DNA of 64,000 bases from Sulfolobales archaeon HS-7 (lineage in GTDB: Archaea; Thermoproteota; Thermoprotei_A; Sulfolobales; Sulfolobaceae). Positions 21,496 through 34,614 of the stretch are shown piece by piece (position 1 is the first letter of the stretch; each line of letters begins with the position of its first letter). A program made the translations under genes and the position numbers. The DNA lies in assembly GCA_019704295.1 (NCBI GenBank), contig AP024596.1, positions 1,824,001 to 1,888,000 on the forward strand, given 5' to 3'. The notes under the pieces were generated by a model. It was not told the origin of the DNA, searched no databases, and saw only the letters and a program-made list of their open reading frames with translations.

Positions 21496-22693
21496 TTAGG
21501 AATTAGAAATATAATCTGTCGGTATTAAACGGATTATTGTATCAATTATATTAGATGAATTAGATAATACTGAATTTGTCTTATATATCAACATAATGTC
21601 TGGGTCTTTTAATGCATGTCCTGTAATTACGTTAACTACAACGTCGCTTAAGCTAATGATCCCTAATTCTAATGCTTTTTTATATCCCGCAAGGGTTGAT
21701 GCTGATGCTAATTCCGCCTCTATCCCTTCTAATCTTGCAAGGTCCTTTTGTGCACTCAAAATCCCATCATCAGTGACCTCTAATGCTGAACCTTCGGATA
21801 TCCTTATTGCCCTTATCGCTTTTCTCCAATTTACTGGTCTTCCAATCTTAATCGCGCTGGCTACGGTCTCTGGATTTTCCTTAATCATAAGTTCGTCCTT
21901 ACTTTCGATTATCGTTCTCGCTACCGTAGATGCACCCTTTGCTTGAACACCTATCATTTTCGGAACTCGTTCTATCAAACCCACATCCCTCATCTCCATA
22001 AATCCTTTCCAGATTGCGTATATGTTTCCTCCATTACCAACTGGAACTATAACAAAATCTGATACTCTGATCTCCTCTACTATTTCATAAGCGATTGTCT
22101 TTTGACCTTCTAACCTCAATGGATTAAATGAATTTAACGGGTAAATCGTGCCGTACTTTTTATAGAGCTCAAGAACGGCTTTCATGCCATCGTCGAAATT
22201 TCCCTCTAACTCAATCACTCTAGCACCGTGTAGATATGATTGGCCCATCTTCCCTACGGCAACTTTCCCTCGAGGCAAAATTAGCACTACAGTCATACCT
22301 GTACGTGCAGAATAAGCAGATGCTGAAGCAGCAGTATTACCAGTTGATGCTGCTATAACAACCGAGTAATTAAAGTTCTTAGCACATGTAATTGCAACTG
22401 TCATACCCCTATCCTTGAAGCTTCCGGTAGGATTCAAGCTTTCTAGTTTAGAGTAAACATTACGGTTTAGCATTGCTTTTGGCTATGGGAGTCCCTCCTT
22501 CTCCCATAGTCGCTATTTCCTTAAATCGAGCTGGAATAGTATCTCTATATCTCCACGCGCCTCTACCCCTGAGTCTATTCAAGGAGAGTGTAGAAGGTAA
22601 TTTAACCTCTATCTCCAATAATCCTCCACAACGTGGACAACTTATTACATTTGGTTCGATTCCAAAAAGATTACCACACTCTAAGCATTTCAT
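21496..22693 (-). pseudogene. thrC: Threonine synthase, frameshifted near 22460-22473
   Basis: N-terminal part (Zn ribbon, MGEGGTP) stops at CCG-TAA; the rest (NPTGSFKDRG, TGHALKDPD) is in the +1 frame; several normally conserved residues look substituted. Confidence 0.8.
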
Positions 22694-22835
22694 ATATCCA
22701 TCTAACTTGTTTCCAAGTAATTCACTGTCATTGAAATAATTGTATATGTTATATTTAATGGTTACGCTTTTCTAGCCAGGAGACTCTATAACACGTAGGT
22801 TAGGACTTATTACTTAATTTTTATGATTCTTATGT

Positions 22836-25210
<2,375 letters not shown>

Positions 25211-25238
25211 GTATTTGCAATATAGTGGTGAAAGCTGA

Positions 25239-26831
25239 TTGTCAACAACTAAAGAGAAATTTAGTAGCCTATCCCCTGCCGAGTTCTTTAAGAGAAACGC
25301 TGAACTAGTAGGTTTCTCTAATCCTACTAAGGCATTATATCAATCGGTAAGAGAACTTGTTGAGAACTCTCTTGACGCTACAGATATTCACTTAATTTTA
25401 CCTAATATTAAATTATCTATAAATAGGATAGAAAGCGAACAAGAAATATATAAAATAACAATAGAGGATAATGGGATAGGCATACCCCAATCGGTAATAC
25501 CAAATGCCTTTGCTAGAGTTCTTTACAGTTCAAAATACGTGATAAGACAGTCGCGAGGTATGTACGGACTAGGAGTTAAGGCAGTGGTATTATATAGTCA
25601 GATGTATCAAGAGAGACCAATAGAGGTCATAAGCTCTACAATTGGTTCTAAGAGGATTTACGGATTTAAACTTAAAATCGATATTAATAAAAACGAGCCC
25701 ATAATTTACGGTAGATACTCCATCGAGAATAGCGCTAACTGGCATGGGACTATCGTTACAGTTTACATACTAGGGGATTGGAGCAAGTCAAAGCAAAGAA
25801 TTTACGAGTACATAAAAAGAACTCACGTAATAACCCCATACGCTGATTTTACATTTCTTGATCCAGAAGGAAAAATAACACATCTTCCAAGGATAACTAA
25901 TAAAATGCCTAAGCCTCCTCAGGAGGTTAAGCCACATCCCTACGGCGTAGATATAGAGTTAATTAAGCAGATAATAGCTAACATGAGGAAAAAAGGCGCT
26001 GATGTAAAATGGTTCCTCATGAATGAATTTCAAGGAATTGGAGAGAAGACAGCTCAGGAACTCCTCAATATGAGTGGAATTAATGAGAAAAAAAAGGTAG
26101 AGCGCCTTACAGAAGAAGAATTGTCAAAACTCACTGAGGCTATGAAAAACTACGCTAAATTCAGATCTCCCTCAGCCGATGCTCTATCCTCTATAGGAGA
26201 GGAATTAATAGAGATAGGATTGAGAAGTTCATTTAATCCCGAGTTTGCAGTAGCAGTAACTAGGAATCCTGAAGCTTACCAAGGTCATCCTTTCATAGTC
26301 GAAGCAGGTATAGCATATGGTGGGAATATATTACCAGTGGAAGAACCGATAGTCCTAAGATATGCAAATAAAATTCCTCTAATCTATGACGAAAAAGCAG
26401 ATGTCGTGTGGAAAGTTGTTAGCGAACTGGATTGGAAACGTTATGGTATAGACACTTTTCCAGCACCACTAGTAGTAATGACTCATATATGTAGCACCAA
26501 AATACCCTACAAGAGTGCAGGTAAGGAAAGTATAGCAGATGTAGAAGAGATTGAGAAGGAACTAAAAAATGGGTTAATGGAAGCTGCGAGACGACTCAAA
26601 CTGTACTTGTCAGAGAAGAAGAAGGAGGAGAGTGCTAGAAGAAAGGCCCTAACTTATATGAAGTACATACCGGAGGTTAGTAGATCATTAGCAATATTTA
26701 AAGCGGGGAAGAAAGAAGAGGCCAGACAATACGAACAAGACATAACAAATAAGTTAAAGACATTAATTGCTGAAAGGCTAAATATGAAGGATCTTCAACT
26801 ACTTGAAGAGGTAAAGGTCGAAGCAGTATGA
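25239..26831 (+). CDS. top6B: DNA topoisomerase VI subunit B
   Basis: GHKL motifs ELVENSLDA, DNGIG, GMYGLG; YKSAGKE. Confidence 0.97.
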   Translation: MSTTKEKFSSLSPAEFFKRNAELVGFSNPTKALYQSVRELVENSLDATDIHLILPNIKLSINRIESEQEIYKITIEDNGIGIPQSVIPNAFARVLYSSKYVIRQSRGMYGLGVKAVVLYSQMYQERPIEVISSTIGSKRIYGFKLKIDINKNEPIIYGRYSIENSANWHGTIVTVYILGDWSKSKQRIYEYIKRTHVITPYADFTFLDPEGKITHLPRITNKMPKPPQEVKPHPYGVDIELIKQIIANMRKKGADVKWFLMNEFQGIGEKTAQELLNMSGINEKKKVERLTEEELSKLTEAMKNYAKFRSPSADALSSIGEELIEIGLRSSFNPEFAVAVTRNPEAYQGHPFIVEAGIAYGGNILPVEEPIVLRYANKIPLIYDEKADVVWKVVSELDWKRYGIDTFPAPLVVMTHICSTKIPYKSAGKESIADVEEIEKELKNGLMEAARRLKLYLSEKKKEESARRKALTYMKYIPEVSRSLAIFKAGKKEEARQYEQDITNKLKTLIAERLNMKDLQLLEEVKVEAV

Positions 26832-27988
26832 GTGAGTTCCAATCAAAAGTTGATAAAGAGGCGAGACAGAGGGCATCGAGAGCTTTGAGAGACAAGTTCC
26901 TCGAAGTGTTACGGCAAATAGAAAATAACGAACCCCCGGTCCTAGTTATCCCGAAAAGGACACTTGCAAATACAGTTTACGATAATACAAGGAAGCTCCT
27001 ACTATTAGGGGTGGGACAGTTAAGAAGGAGTTTTCTCGACCTAAATGAGGCTAAGCGTTTCATGCAAACAACATTAATGGCATCGATTATTTATGATGCT
27101 CTAATTAATGACGAATATCCCACTATTCGTGATCTATACTATAGGGGGAAACACTCAATTATTATAAAGGATAATAAAGGTAAGACACATGAGGAAAATA
27201 CATGGGATGAACAAAAGGAGTCTGATAGCGTTATTATTGATATAGAGGTATTAACGTCGCTCTTACGGGAGGAAATGCTCATCCTAAGTAAAGAAAAGGG
27301 AAAGGTAGTAGGGGAGATGAGAGTAAGAAGTGGTAATGACGTTATAGATTTAAGCAAAATGGGACACGGAGCATACAGTATAGAACCGACGCCTGACCTC
27401 ATAGAATTCTTAGATGTAAATGCTGAATTCGTATTAGTCGTAGAGAAAGACGCAGTATTTCAACAACTGCATAGAGCAGGATTTTGGAAACAATACAAAT
27501 GCATATTAGTTACTAGCGCAGGCCAACCAGACAGAGCGACTAGACGATTCGTTAGGAGATTACATGAGGAAATAAAGTTACCGGTGTATATTCTAACTGA
27601 TGCGGATCCATATGGGTGGTACATCTACAGTGTCTTTAGAATAGGTTCGATCTCCCTTTCATATGAAAGCGAAAGATTGGCAACGCCTAATGCTAAGTTC
27701 TTAGGCGTTTCCATGTCAGATATATTCGGTTCCGCTTCGAAAAAACCATACTTATCCGAGGCAGAACGCCAAAATTTCATAATTAAGGCAAAGGACTTCG
27801 ATATTAAAAGAGCAAACGAGATCAAGAACTATCCGTGGTTTAAGACGAAGAACTGGGAGAAGGAAATTCAGGACTTTTTAAATCGAAAGGCTAAGTTGGA
27901 AATAGAAGCAATGGCAAGTAAGGGACTAAAGTTTTTGGCATATCAATATATACCAGATAAGATTAATAATAGGGATTACGTGGAGTAG
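26828..27988 (+). CDS. top6A: DNA topoisomerase VI subunit A
   Basis: TIRDLYY, VEKDAVF, TDADPYG. Confidence 0.97.
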   Translation: MSEFQSKVDKEARQRASRALRDKFLEVLRQIENNEPPVLVIPKRTLANTVYDNTRKLLLLGVGQLRRSFLDLNEAKRFMQTTLMASIIYDALINDEYPTIRDLYYRGKHSIIIKDNKGKTHEENTWDEQKESDSVIIDIEVLTSLLREEMLILSKEKGKVVGEMRVRSGNDVIDLSKMGHGAYSIEPTPDLIEFLDVNAEFVLVVEKDAVFQQLHRAGFWKQYKCILVTSAGQPDRATRRFVRRLHEEIKLPVYILTDADPYGWYIYSVFRIGSISLSYESERLATPNAKFLGVSMSDIFGSASKKPYLSEAERQNFIIKAKDFDIKRANEIKNYPWFKTKNWEKEIQDFLNRKAKLEIEAMASKGLKFLAYQYIPDKINNRDYVE

Positions 27989-27997
27989 TGCGATCAT

Positions 27998-28171
27998 ATG
28001 CCTTGGAAACTAAAGTGTAACGAGTGCAACACCACATGGGAATTAGATATTAGTTTTGATATAGGTAAGCAGAAACACTTATATATATATTGTAAAACAT
28101 GTAAGAGGAATACACTAAACGATATTCTCGAATACTATGAAAATGATGAGAAAGAAGCTAATGATAAGTGA
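27998..28171 (+). CDS. 57-aa zinc-ribbon microprotein (absent from the ORF track)
   Basis: MPWKLKCNEC...YCKTCKRNT, two CxxC pairs; starts 10 nt after the top6A stop. Confidence 0.75.
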   Translation: MPWKLKCNECNTTWELDISFDIGKQKHLYIYCKTCKRNTLNDILEYYENDEKEANDK

Positions 28172-28192
28172 TTAAACCTGTCTCGTCTGATA
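28141..28192 (+). ncRNA. Box C/D sRNA predicted to guide 23S rRNA 2'-O-methylation
   Basis: C ATGATGA, D' ATGA, C' GTGATTA, D CTGA; the D guide ACCTGTCTCG is complementary to 23S at 54526-54535. Confidence 0.7.
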
Positions 28193-28225
28193 ACTTTAAT
28201 ACTTATTGTAAAGAACTCATTACGT

Positions 28226-28280
28226 GCGCAGTGAAGATAGTTTTTAACTGAAAGTGATGACGGGCCAAAGCGCGGAGCGC
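28226..28280 (+). ncRNA. Box C/D sRNA, sR14-like (predicted tRNA-Gln(UUG) U34 guide)
   Basis: GCGC terminal stem, C GTGAAGA, D' CTGA, C' GTGATGA, D CGGA; guide GGGCCAAAGC complements a GCUUUGGCCC anticodon loop. Confidence 0.8.
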
Positions 28281-28324
28281 AATAGATTTTAATAAATCCC
28301 TATCAAATAATGCTTTGAATAGTA

Positions 28325-28720
28325 ATGACGTATAACTATGCTGCAGTAGGAGATCTTAAACAAGGTAGTTACGTAATAATTGATGGAGAACCTTGTAGAG
28401 TCGTGGAAGTAACCAAAGCTAAAACAGGGAAACACGGAAGCGCTAAGGCCAACGTCATAGCGGTTGGTCTTTTCACCGGAAACAAGAAGACTATAATGGC
28501 CCCAGTAGATCAAAGAGTGGAGGTACCTATAATAGAGAAGCATGTAGGACAGGTAATCTCAGACAGAGGTGAGCTCGTGGAAATAATGGATTTAGAAAGC
28601 TATGAAACGTTTCAAATAGAGAAACCAAAAGAAGAGGACATAGCGTCGAAAATAAGACCTGAGGCCGAAGTTGAGTATTGGAATATTGCAGGGAGGAAGA
28701 AGATAGTAAGGGTTAAATAA
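28325..28720 (+). CDS. eif5a: Translation factor aIF5A
   Basis: Hypusine loop KTGKHGSAK. Confidence 0.97.
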   Translation: MTYNYAAVGDLKQGSYVIIDGEPCRVVEVTKAKTGKHGSAKANVIAVGLFTGNKKTIMAPVDQRVEVPIIEKHVGQVISDRGELVEIMDLESYETFQIEKPKEEDIASKIRPEAEVEYWNIAGRKKIVRVK

Positions 28721-28721
28721 A

Positions 28722-30056
28722 TTGCTTGAGTCGATAAGAGAGAGCGTAAGGAAATTTTTATCGGGTTCGTCCCCCTATGACAAAGCAGTCGAGACGTTTA
28801 TAAGGGATTTACAAAAAATCCTAATCCAGTCTGATGTTAACATAAAACTTGTCTCTCAACTTACAACAAAAATTAAACAACGTTTGAACAACGAAAAGCC
28901 TCCTACTTATGCCGATAAAAGGGAGTGGTTCATTAAGATAGTTTATGAGGAGTTAGCGAACCTTTTTGGAGGAGACAAGGAACCTGATGTTCTGCCATCG
29001 AAGATACCATATGTAATTATGCTAGTTGGTATTCAGGGTAGTGGAAAAACCACCACCGCCGGAAAGCTAGCCTATTTCTACAAGAGGAAAAGTTACAGAG
29101 TGGGAGTAATAGCTGCAGATATTTACAGACCTGCTGCTTACGAGCAGTTAAGGCAACTATCGCTTCAAGCGTCAGCCGATTTTTACGGAGAGCAAGAAAA
29201 CAAAAATCCTACAGAGATAGCGATGAACGGCATAAAACAATTACTTTCACACAAATGTCAGGTGATCATCATTGATACGGCTGGAAGACATGGATACGGC
29301 AACGAGGAATATCTGTTACAAGAAATGAAATCGATGAGTGATGCGGTAAAGCCAGATGAGGTTATCCTCGTACTTGACGCGTCCATTGGGCAAAAAGCAT
29401 ACGACCTAGCATCAAGATTCCATAACGTAACCCCAATAGGTTCAATAATAATCACGAAGATGGACGGTACGGCTAAGGGTGGTGGTGCCTTATCAGCCGC
29501 TGCAATAACTGGGGCCTCAATAAAGTTCATTGGAACAGGAGAAAAGATAGACGAGTTAGAGGTATTCAATCCAAGAAGATACGTAAGCAGGATCCTTGGC
29601 ATGGGTGATATAGAGTCGATATTAGAGAGATTATCGTCTATAGAAGAGTATGAAGAGATTGAAGAGAAGATGGAAGAGGTACTTCAAGGTAAGGGAAAAA
29701 TAACACTAAGGGATATTTACAAGCAAATAAAGGCGGTAAAGAAGATGGGCCCTCTGTCAAAAGTTCTTGATAAAATCCCTGGTTTTAATATGCTCCCAAA
29801 ACTGCCATCAGAGGACGAGATAAAAATGAGCGAAGAGAAGATGAACAAATGGTTGTCAATAATAAACTCAATGACTTATGAAGAATTAGATAACCCCTCA
29901 ATTGTAGACAAAAATAGAGTGCGTAGAATAGCTAGAGGAGCTGGAGTAAGACCGGAAGAAGTAAGAGAACTCCTTAAACAATACGAACTAACGAATAGGG
30001 CGTTAAAGACACTAAGAAAGAAGAGAGACATTGGGAAGTTACTTGGAACTCAATAA
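28722..30056 (+). CDS. srp54: Signal recognition particle protein SRP54
   Basis: GIQGSGKTT, DTAGR, TKMDGTAKGG, M domain RIARGAG. Confidence 0.97.
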   Translation: MLESIRESVRKFLSGSSPYDKAVETFIRDLQKILIQSDVNIKLVSQLTTKIKQRLNNEKPPTYADKREWFIKIVYEELANLFGGDKEPDVLPSKIPYVIMLVGIQGSGKTTTAGKLAYFYKRKSYRVGVIAADIYRPAAYEQLRQLSLQASADFYGEQENKNPTEIAMNGIKQLLSHKCQVIIIDTAGRHGYGNEEYLLQEMKSMSDAVKPDEVILVLDASIGQKAYDLASRFHNVTPIGSIIITKMDGTAKGGGALSAAAITGASIKFIGTGEKIDELEVFNPRRYVSRILGMGDIESILERLSSIEEYEEIEEKMEEVLQGKGKITLRDIYKQIKAVKKMGPLSKVLDKIPGFNMLPKLPSEDEIKMSEEKMNKWLSIINSMTYEELDNPSIVDKNRVRRIARGAGVRPEEVRELLKQYELTNRALKTLRKKRDIGKLLGTQ

Positions 30057-31095
30057 TATTACTCAACTTTCTTATAAAATCCTATCGGAAATTCCCTTGT
30101 GTGATAGATGTCTAGGAAGAGTTTTCTCAATACTTTCAACTTCATTGACAAACGAAGAACGCGGAAAATCTATAAAGATTACTTTGGCAATGGAAATTGA
30201 TTCGCTAATAAGGGAAAGGAGAGTAAAAGATCTGAGCGAGGTCCTACCGGTATTAAAGAACATGGGAACGATAGGTGAAACTGTGCTGAGGAAATACGGA
30301 GTTAATGAGCCCGTAAATTACGCCTGCTGGTTATGCAAAGGTAGGTTAAGTTATTATGAGAGCGAGCTCTATCAAGGTGTGAAAAAGTTAGTTACTGAAA
30401 AGTCAACGAGAATTGCGCTAGGCGTTAGACTAAGCAGGGAATTAAGTGCGTCCGAAAACACATTAATATCGAAGTATAAATTAACATACTACGAAAGTAT
30501 TAAAAATGAAATAAAAAGGGAGACGGGAAAAAGACTGAAACAGGAGGGCTTTATTATTGACCTCAATACCCCAGAACTTTTCATAATATACGACGTAGAA
30601 GCAAACGTAACTTATCTGGAGTGGAGTAAAGAAAGAGTTTTTGGGACGTATAGCAGGCTAGTAAGGGGAATTCCTCTAGAAACATGGGAAGAAAAAGAAG
30701 ACATGAGAACTCTAACTAAGGCAAAATTCTACGTACCCTTTTCTGAACCAAAAGATGTAAGGATTTTCTGCGAGTATCCAATATTCTTAGAAAAATTGCC
30801 TGAAAATGCCATAGAGGGATTTCAAATAAGAGTTATTAAAAAAATACCGAGGCGAAACAGAATTCTACTTTCCTCTACACCAAAATCCAGAAAATATAGA
30901 GTAACTCTTTATACAAAGAGACAAATTTCAGGAATTAAGATAACAGATAACGTCTATGACGTGTTCATTGAAGCTAGAGATTATAAGGACTTATTGCTCA
31001 AAATAAAGAATGCATTATCCGACGCAGAGATCATTTCAATAGATGCAATTTCATTAGATCAGAAAACTCAAGAGATGATTAAGAGAAACGAGTAA
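30031..31095 (+). CDS. Pus10-like protein, probably catalytically degenerate
   Basis: LCDRCLGR Zn site, ESIKNEIKRETGK, YSRLVRGIP; GRED motif replaced by FSEP. Confidence 0.75.
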   Translation: MGSYLELNNITQLSYKILSEIPLCDRCLGRVFSILSTSLTNEERGKSIKITLAMEIDSLIRERRVKDLSEVLPVLKNMGTIGETVLRKYGVNEPVNYACWLCKGRLSYYESELYQGVKKLVTEKSTRIALGVRLSRELSASENTLISKYKLTYYESIKNEIKRETGKRLKQEGFIIDLNTPELFIIYDVEANVTYLEWSKERVFGTYSRLVRGIPLETWEEKEDMRTLTKAKFYVPFSEPKDVRIFCEYPIFLEKLPENAIEGFQIRVIKKIPRRNRILLSSTPKSRKYRVTLYTKRQISGIKITDNVYDVFIEARDYKDLLLKIKNALSDAEIISIDAISLDQKTQEMIKRNE

Positions 31096-31148
31096 AATCG
31101 ACATTGTCCCTTAAATACTTTCCCTCGTGTAAAAAAAGGGGAAATGTA

Positions 31149-31237
<89 letters not shown>

Positions 31238-31363
31238 CATTATCATAACATAATTTCTTTATTTAAATCTGTGCACCGGAAAAGCTCATAGTATACGCTA
31301 AAAAGTGGGATAGTTATAAATTAGTTTTTTTACTTCCAACTTGCTTTATAACGCGGTGAATAA

Positions 31364-31684
31364 TTGGCTAAGAAAAGAGGAGAATCGTCTTCAAGAGAAC
31401 CAGTAAGACCTGCAGAAGGCGAGGTAATTTGCGTAGTCAAGAAAATGTTAGGAGGAGAACATCTAATTCTACTTTGCCTAGACGGGAAGCAAAGACAGGG
31501 TAGAATCCCGGGCAGATTAAAGAAGAGAGTATGGATAAACGAAGGTGACGTCGTTCTAGCATCTCCGTGGGACTTTCAATTAGATAAATGTGACGTAGTA
31601 CATAAGTACAGTAACGATGAACTGAAGAAACTAGAGGAGGAAAAGATAGTTGATAGAACAGTGATAGATCAATTGAGGGATTAA
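31364..31684 (+). CDS. eif1a: Translation initiation factor aIF1A
   Basis: [18 protein letters not shown]; SD GGTGA before TTG. Confidence 0.95.
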   Translation: MAKKRGESSSREPVRPAEGEVICVVKKMLGGEHLILLCLDGKQRQGRIPGRLKKRVWINEGDVVLASPWDFQLDKCDVVHKYSNDELKKLEEEKIVDRTVIDQLRD

Positions 31685-32413
31685 ATGCCTAAACAAAAGG
31701 AAAGGAAAGTCCTAAAAGATAAGGATCTTTCTAAGGTAGTAAATGACGTAATTGACGTAAGGACTTATGAACTTCTAGAAAGAATATCTTCCAGGCTAAG
31801 AATTGAACAGATAAGTGGACCAATTAGTTCAGGTAAGGAATCTAAAATTTTCTACGGAAGAGGAAAGGAAGAATATGCAATGAAAGTGTATCATATCACG
31901 ACTGCCACTCATAAAAGAGCAATCCGCAGATACCTAGTTACAGATAAAAGAATTGGTAGCATGAATTCATCTACTTTTCAATTAATACAAATATGGGCAA
32001 GAAGGGAATATTCTAACGCAGCAACATTATACGAGGATGGTATTAATGTGCCGAAACCGTACCTGTTAGAAAGAAATGTCTTAGTAATGAAGTTCCTAGG
32101 CTATAACGGAAATAGAGCACCACTCCTAAAGGAATATGACTACATTGATGACAAACTATACAAGATGATAATAGAACAAATAAAGAGAATGACGACTATC
32201 TCAAAACTTGTCCATGGAGATCTAAGTGAGTATAATATCATGATCTATGACGATAAACCGTTTTTCATAGATTTTACTCAATCAGTACCGATAGATTCGG
32301 AAAACGCATTAGAACTTTTGAGACGTGATTTAATTAATATTAACCGTTTTTTCTCTAGCAAGGGAATTCAAGTGATAGATCTAAATGAATTAATACTAAG
32401 TATATCTAAATAA
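31685..32413 (+). CDS. rio1: RIO1 family kinase
   Basis: SSGKES, LVHGDLSEYN, IDFTQ. Confidence 0.93.
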   Translation: MPKQKERKVLKDKDLSKVVNDVIDVRTYELLERISSRLRIEQISGPISSGKESKIFYGRGKEEYAMKVYHITTATHKRAIRRYLVTDKRIGSMNSSTFQLIQIWARREYSNAATLYEDGINVPKPYLLERNVLVMKFLGYNGNRAPLLKEYDYIDDKLYKMIIEQIKRMTTISKLVHGDLSEYNIMIYDDKPFFIDFTQSVPIDSENALELLRRDLININRFFSSKGIQVIDLNELILSISK

Positions 32414-32432
32414 CTAATCAGTGAAGTAGACC

Positions 32433-32975
32433 TTGTTCATTCAAGTACCTGAGAGTAAATTAAATGTAGTAAACGAGTTGCTTGAACAACTTCAATACAT
32501 TAAAAAAGTTAAATTAACATTTGATGAGAAGAAGAAGATAATAACAGTTGTTCCTGAGGAAGGGTATACTTACGAGGCGTTAAAGGTCGAACAAGTAATT
32601 AAGGCGTTTTTTGCAGGATATCCTCTGACAAAGGCTTCTAGGTTATTATCAGACGAGTATAGGTTTGACGTGATAGATCTTAAAGAGTATTCCCACGACC
32701 CGAAGAAAATCAACAGGATAAAAAGTAGATTGATAGGAAAAAATGGGAAGTTTAAGAAGGATATAGAGGACTACACTTCAGTAAGCTTGCTCATTACCGA
32801 CAGGTACATATACATTTTAGGACCCTATGATCAAATGAGCATAGCGCGTAACGCACTTGAACGAATAATTGATGGTGTAGAACATCAGTTAGTGTATAAG
32901 TATATAGAGAATGCCGAAAGATCGATAATGGATTACAAGTTAGTTAAGAGTAAAAGAGATAATCAAGAGCAATGA
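32433..32975 (+). CDS. KH-domain rRNA-processing protein (Dim2/Pno1-like)
   Basis: RLIGKNGK KH loop, G-x-x-H-x-x-VY; standard aIF1A-Rio1-KH cluster. Confidence 0.85.
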   Translation: MFIQVPESKLNVVNELLEQLQYIKKVKLTFDEKKKIITVVPEEGYTYEALKVEQVIKAFFAGYPLTKASRLLSDEYRFDVIDLKEYSHDPKKINRIKSRLIGKNGKFKKDIEDYTSVSLLITDRYIYILGPYDQMSIARNALERIIDGVEHQLVYKYIENAERSIMDYKLVKSKRDNQEQ

Positions 32976-33513
32976 GCTTCGCTTCGTTATCTTGTGTACT
33001 GTTAAAGAAAAACTTCAACGCTGAACTATACTTTTTAAGGTTATCTAAAACCTCCTTCTCTCTAAGGAGAATATTCAAGTTATCTACATTATTTGTTATA
33101 ACGTTATACATGAATTCTAAAAGTTCCCTTTTCGGCTTACTAAGCACTTCAACCGTAAAATACAGTTTAGGTTCGGGTCTCATAACTAGGGTTAAATGTC
33201 TTTTAGATAAGGGAACCAACATTGCTAATTTAAAGCCAGAGTATTCCTTAGTAGGCGAATGATTTGTAGCCTTAACTTCAATATAATATCTCTCCCCATC
33301 CTTGACTGCCTCTAAATCGTGTGTGGGGAGATCTACGTAAATTACCTCCTTATATCCCCATTCCTCTAGAAGATTCTTAGCCCTAAATTCCATCGCATAA
33401 CCTAAAATAATACCCTTAGCTCGCTCTATCGCGAAATCTATTTCCTCTTCTGAGAGGCCTAATTTTTTCAGAGATTCGATTCCTGATAGTTTGCAAGACA
33501 TGTTGTTCATCAT
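32944..33513 (-). CDS. Putative PD-(D/E)XK nuclease-fold protein
   Basis: E...HDLEA...YIEVKAT motif; start overlaps the aRF1 stop (TAATG). Confidence 0.7.
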   Translation of the reverse strand: MMNNMSCKLSGIESLKKLGLSEEEIDFAIERAKGIILGYAMEFRAKNLLEEWGYKEVIYVDLPTHDLEAVKDGERYYIEVKATNHSPTKEYSGFKLAMLVPLSKRHLTLVMRPEPKLYFTVEVLSKPKRELLEFMYNVITNNVDNLNILLREKEVLDNLKKYSSALKFFFNSTQDNEAKLIALDYLFYS

Positions 33514-34614
33514 TAATACTTGAATCTTAGTAGACCTATAGCACCTTGGAAGGTCTGCTGCACCCAGTCTGCTTCCGGAAGTTCGTCATTAACGTAAAAT
33601 ACAGTTGCTCCTTTCTTTTTCGCCTCATCCCCTAGCTTTTCCAACTCCTTATTACCCTCATATATAACAAGCTTCTCAATAGCTCCCATATCTAATGCTT
33701 TTTTGATCTCCTCAATACCATATACTACATTACTATCGCCCTTTGCTAGATGATACTTTATCTCCTCAAGAACTTTAGTCACCTCTATGTATTTCTGACC
33801 CTTAAGCATATCCCCCGCTTTAACTAATACTTCTCTAATTCCTCCTTCTCCCTGATATCCTACATCAATCAACGGCTGCATTACAATTTTCTTTAACCTA
33901 TAGTCCATATAGTCGCCCTCAAAGAAGTAGTTTTTAGCAAAGCCTGGACCAGCTAGGAGAATACCCTTTAATCTTCCCTCTTCCAAATATGGTAGTAAGT
34001 AACTGTTTACCCTCTCTCCCACGCTCTTGAAAAAGTCGTGTATCAATTCCTCGTGAATTCTGTCCATTCGCCTTTGACTTTGCCCTCCCATCTTATGTTT
34101 CCTTGGAAGAAAAGTGTCCATCTCTTCTAAGACCTCAACTCTCAGACCCTTTACGAGGCCGATCGTAGCCTCATCATTCTCTATGATGATAACCGCGAAA
34201 TAATCCGAGTCGTCGACCATGCTCTCCAAAAACTCTAAGTGATATTCCTTGTCCGTTCTGTAGAAGTATATGGTAACCTTTTCTGGAGGAATTACCATAA
34301 AGCATGAAAAAGTGTTTGTATCAAAATTTTCTCCGCAAAATAACGCTAGTCCCGTTTGCGGAACTTTACTTATCTGGACAAGCCTATCAATAGCTCCCGA
34401 TATTGCAGACTCAACTGCGTCTCTAGTCCTCTTTAGCTTGATGTTCTGAGATATTGACAATTCCTGCCTTAAGTTGTTTATTACATCGGCAACTGGTCTA
34501 CCTGGAGGGATATATAACGATAATAGAGTTGTGGCCGGTGAGTGCCATTTTTTCAGTTCCTTTATAAGAGATTTCAATTGATCTTTATCTAACTTATACT
34601 TTTCAAAGACTCAT
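33513..34614 (-). CDS. prf1: Peptide chain release factor aRF1; proposed start ATG 34614 with a +1 frameshift at CTT-TGA (34608-34603); ORF-track start is TTG 34577
   Basis: [15 protein letters not shown] motif. Identity is secure; the start and frameshift are inferred (see findings). Confidence 0.93.
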
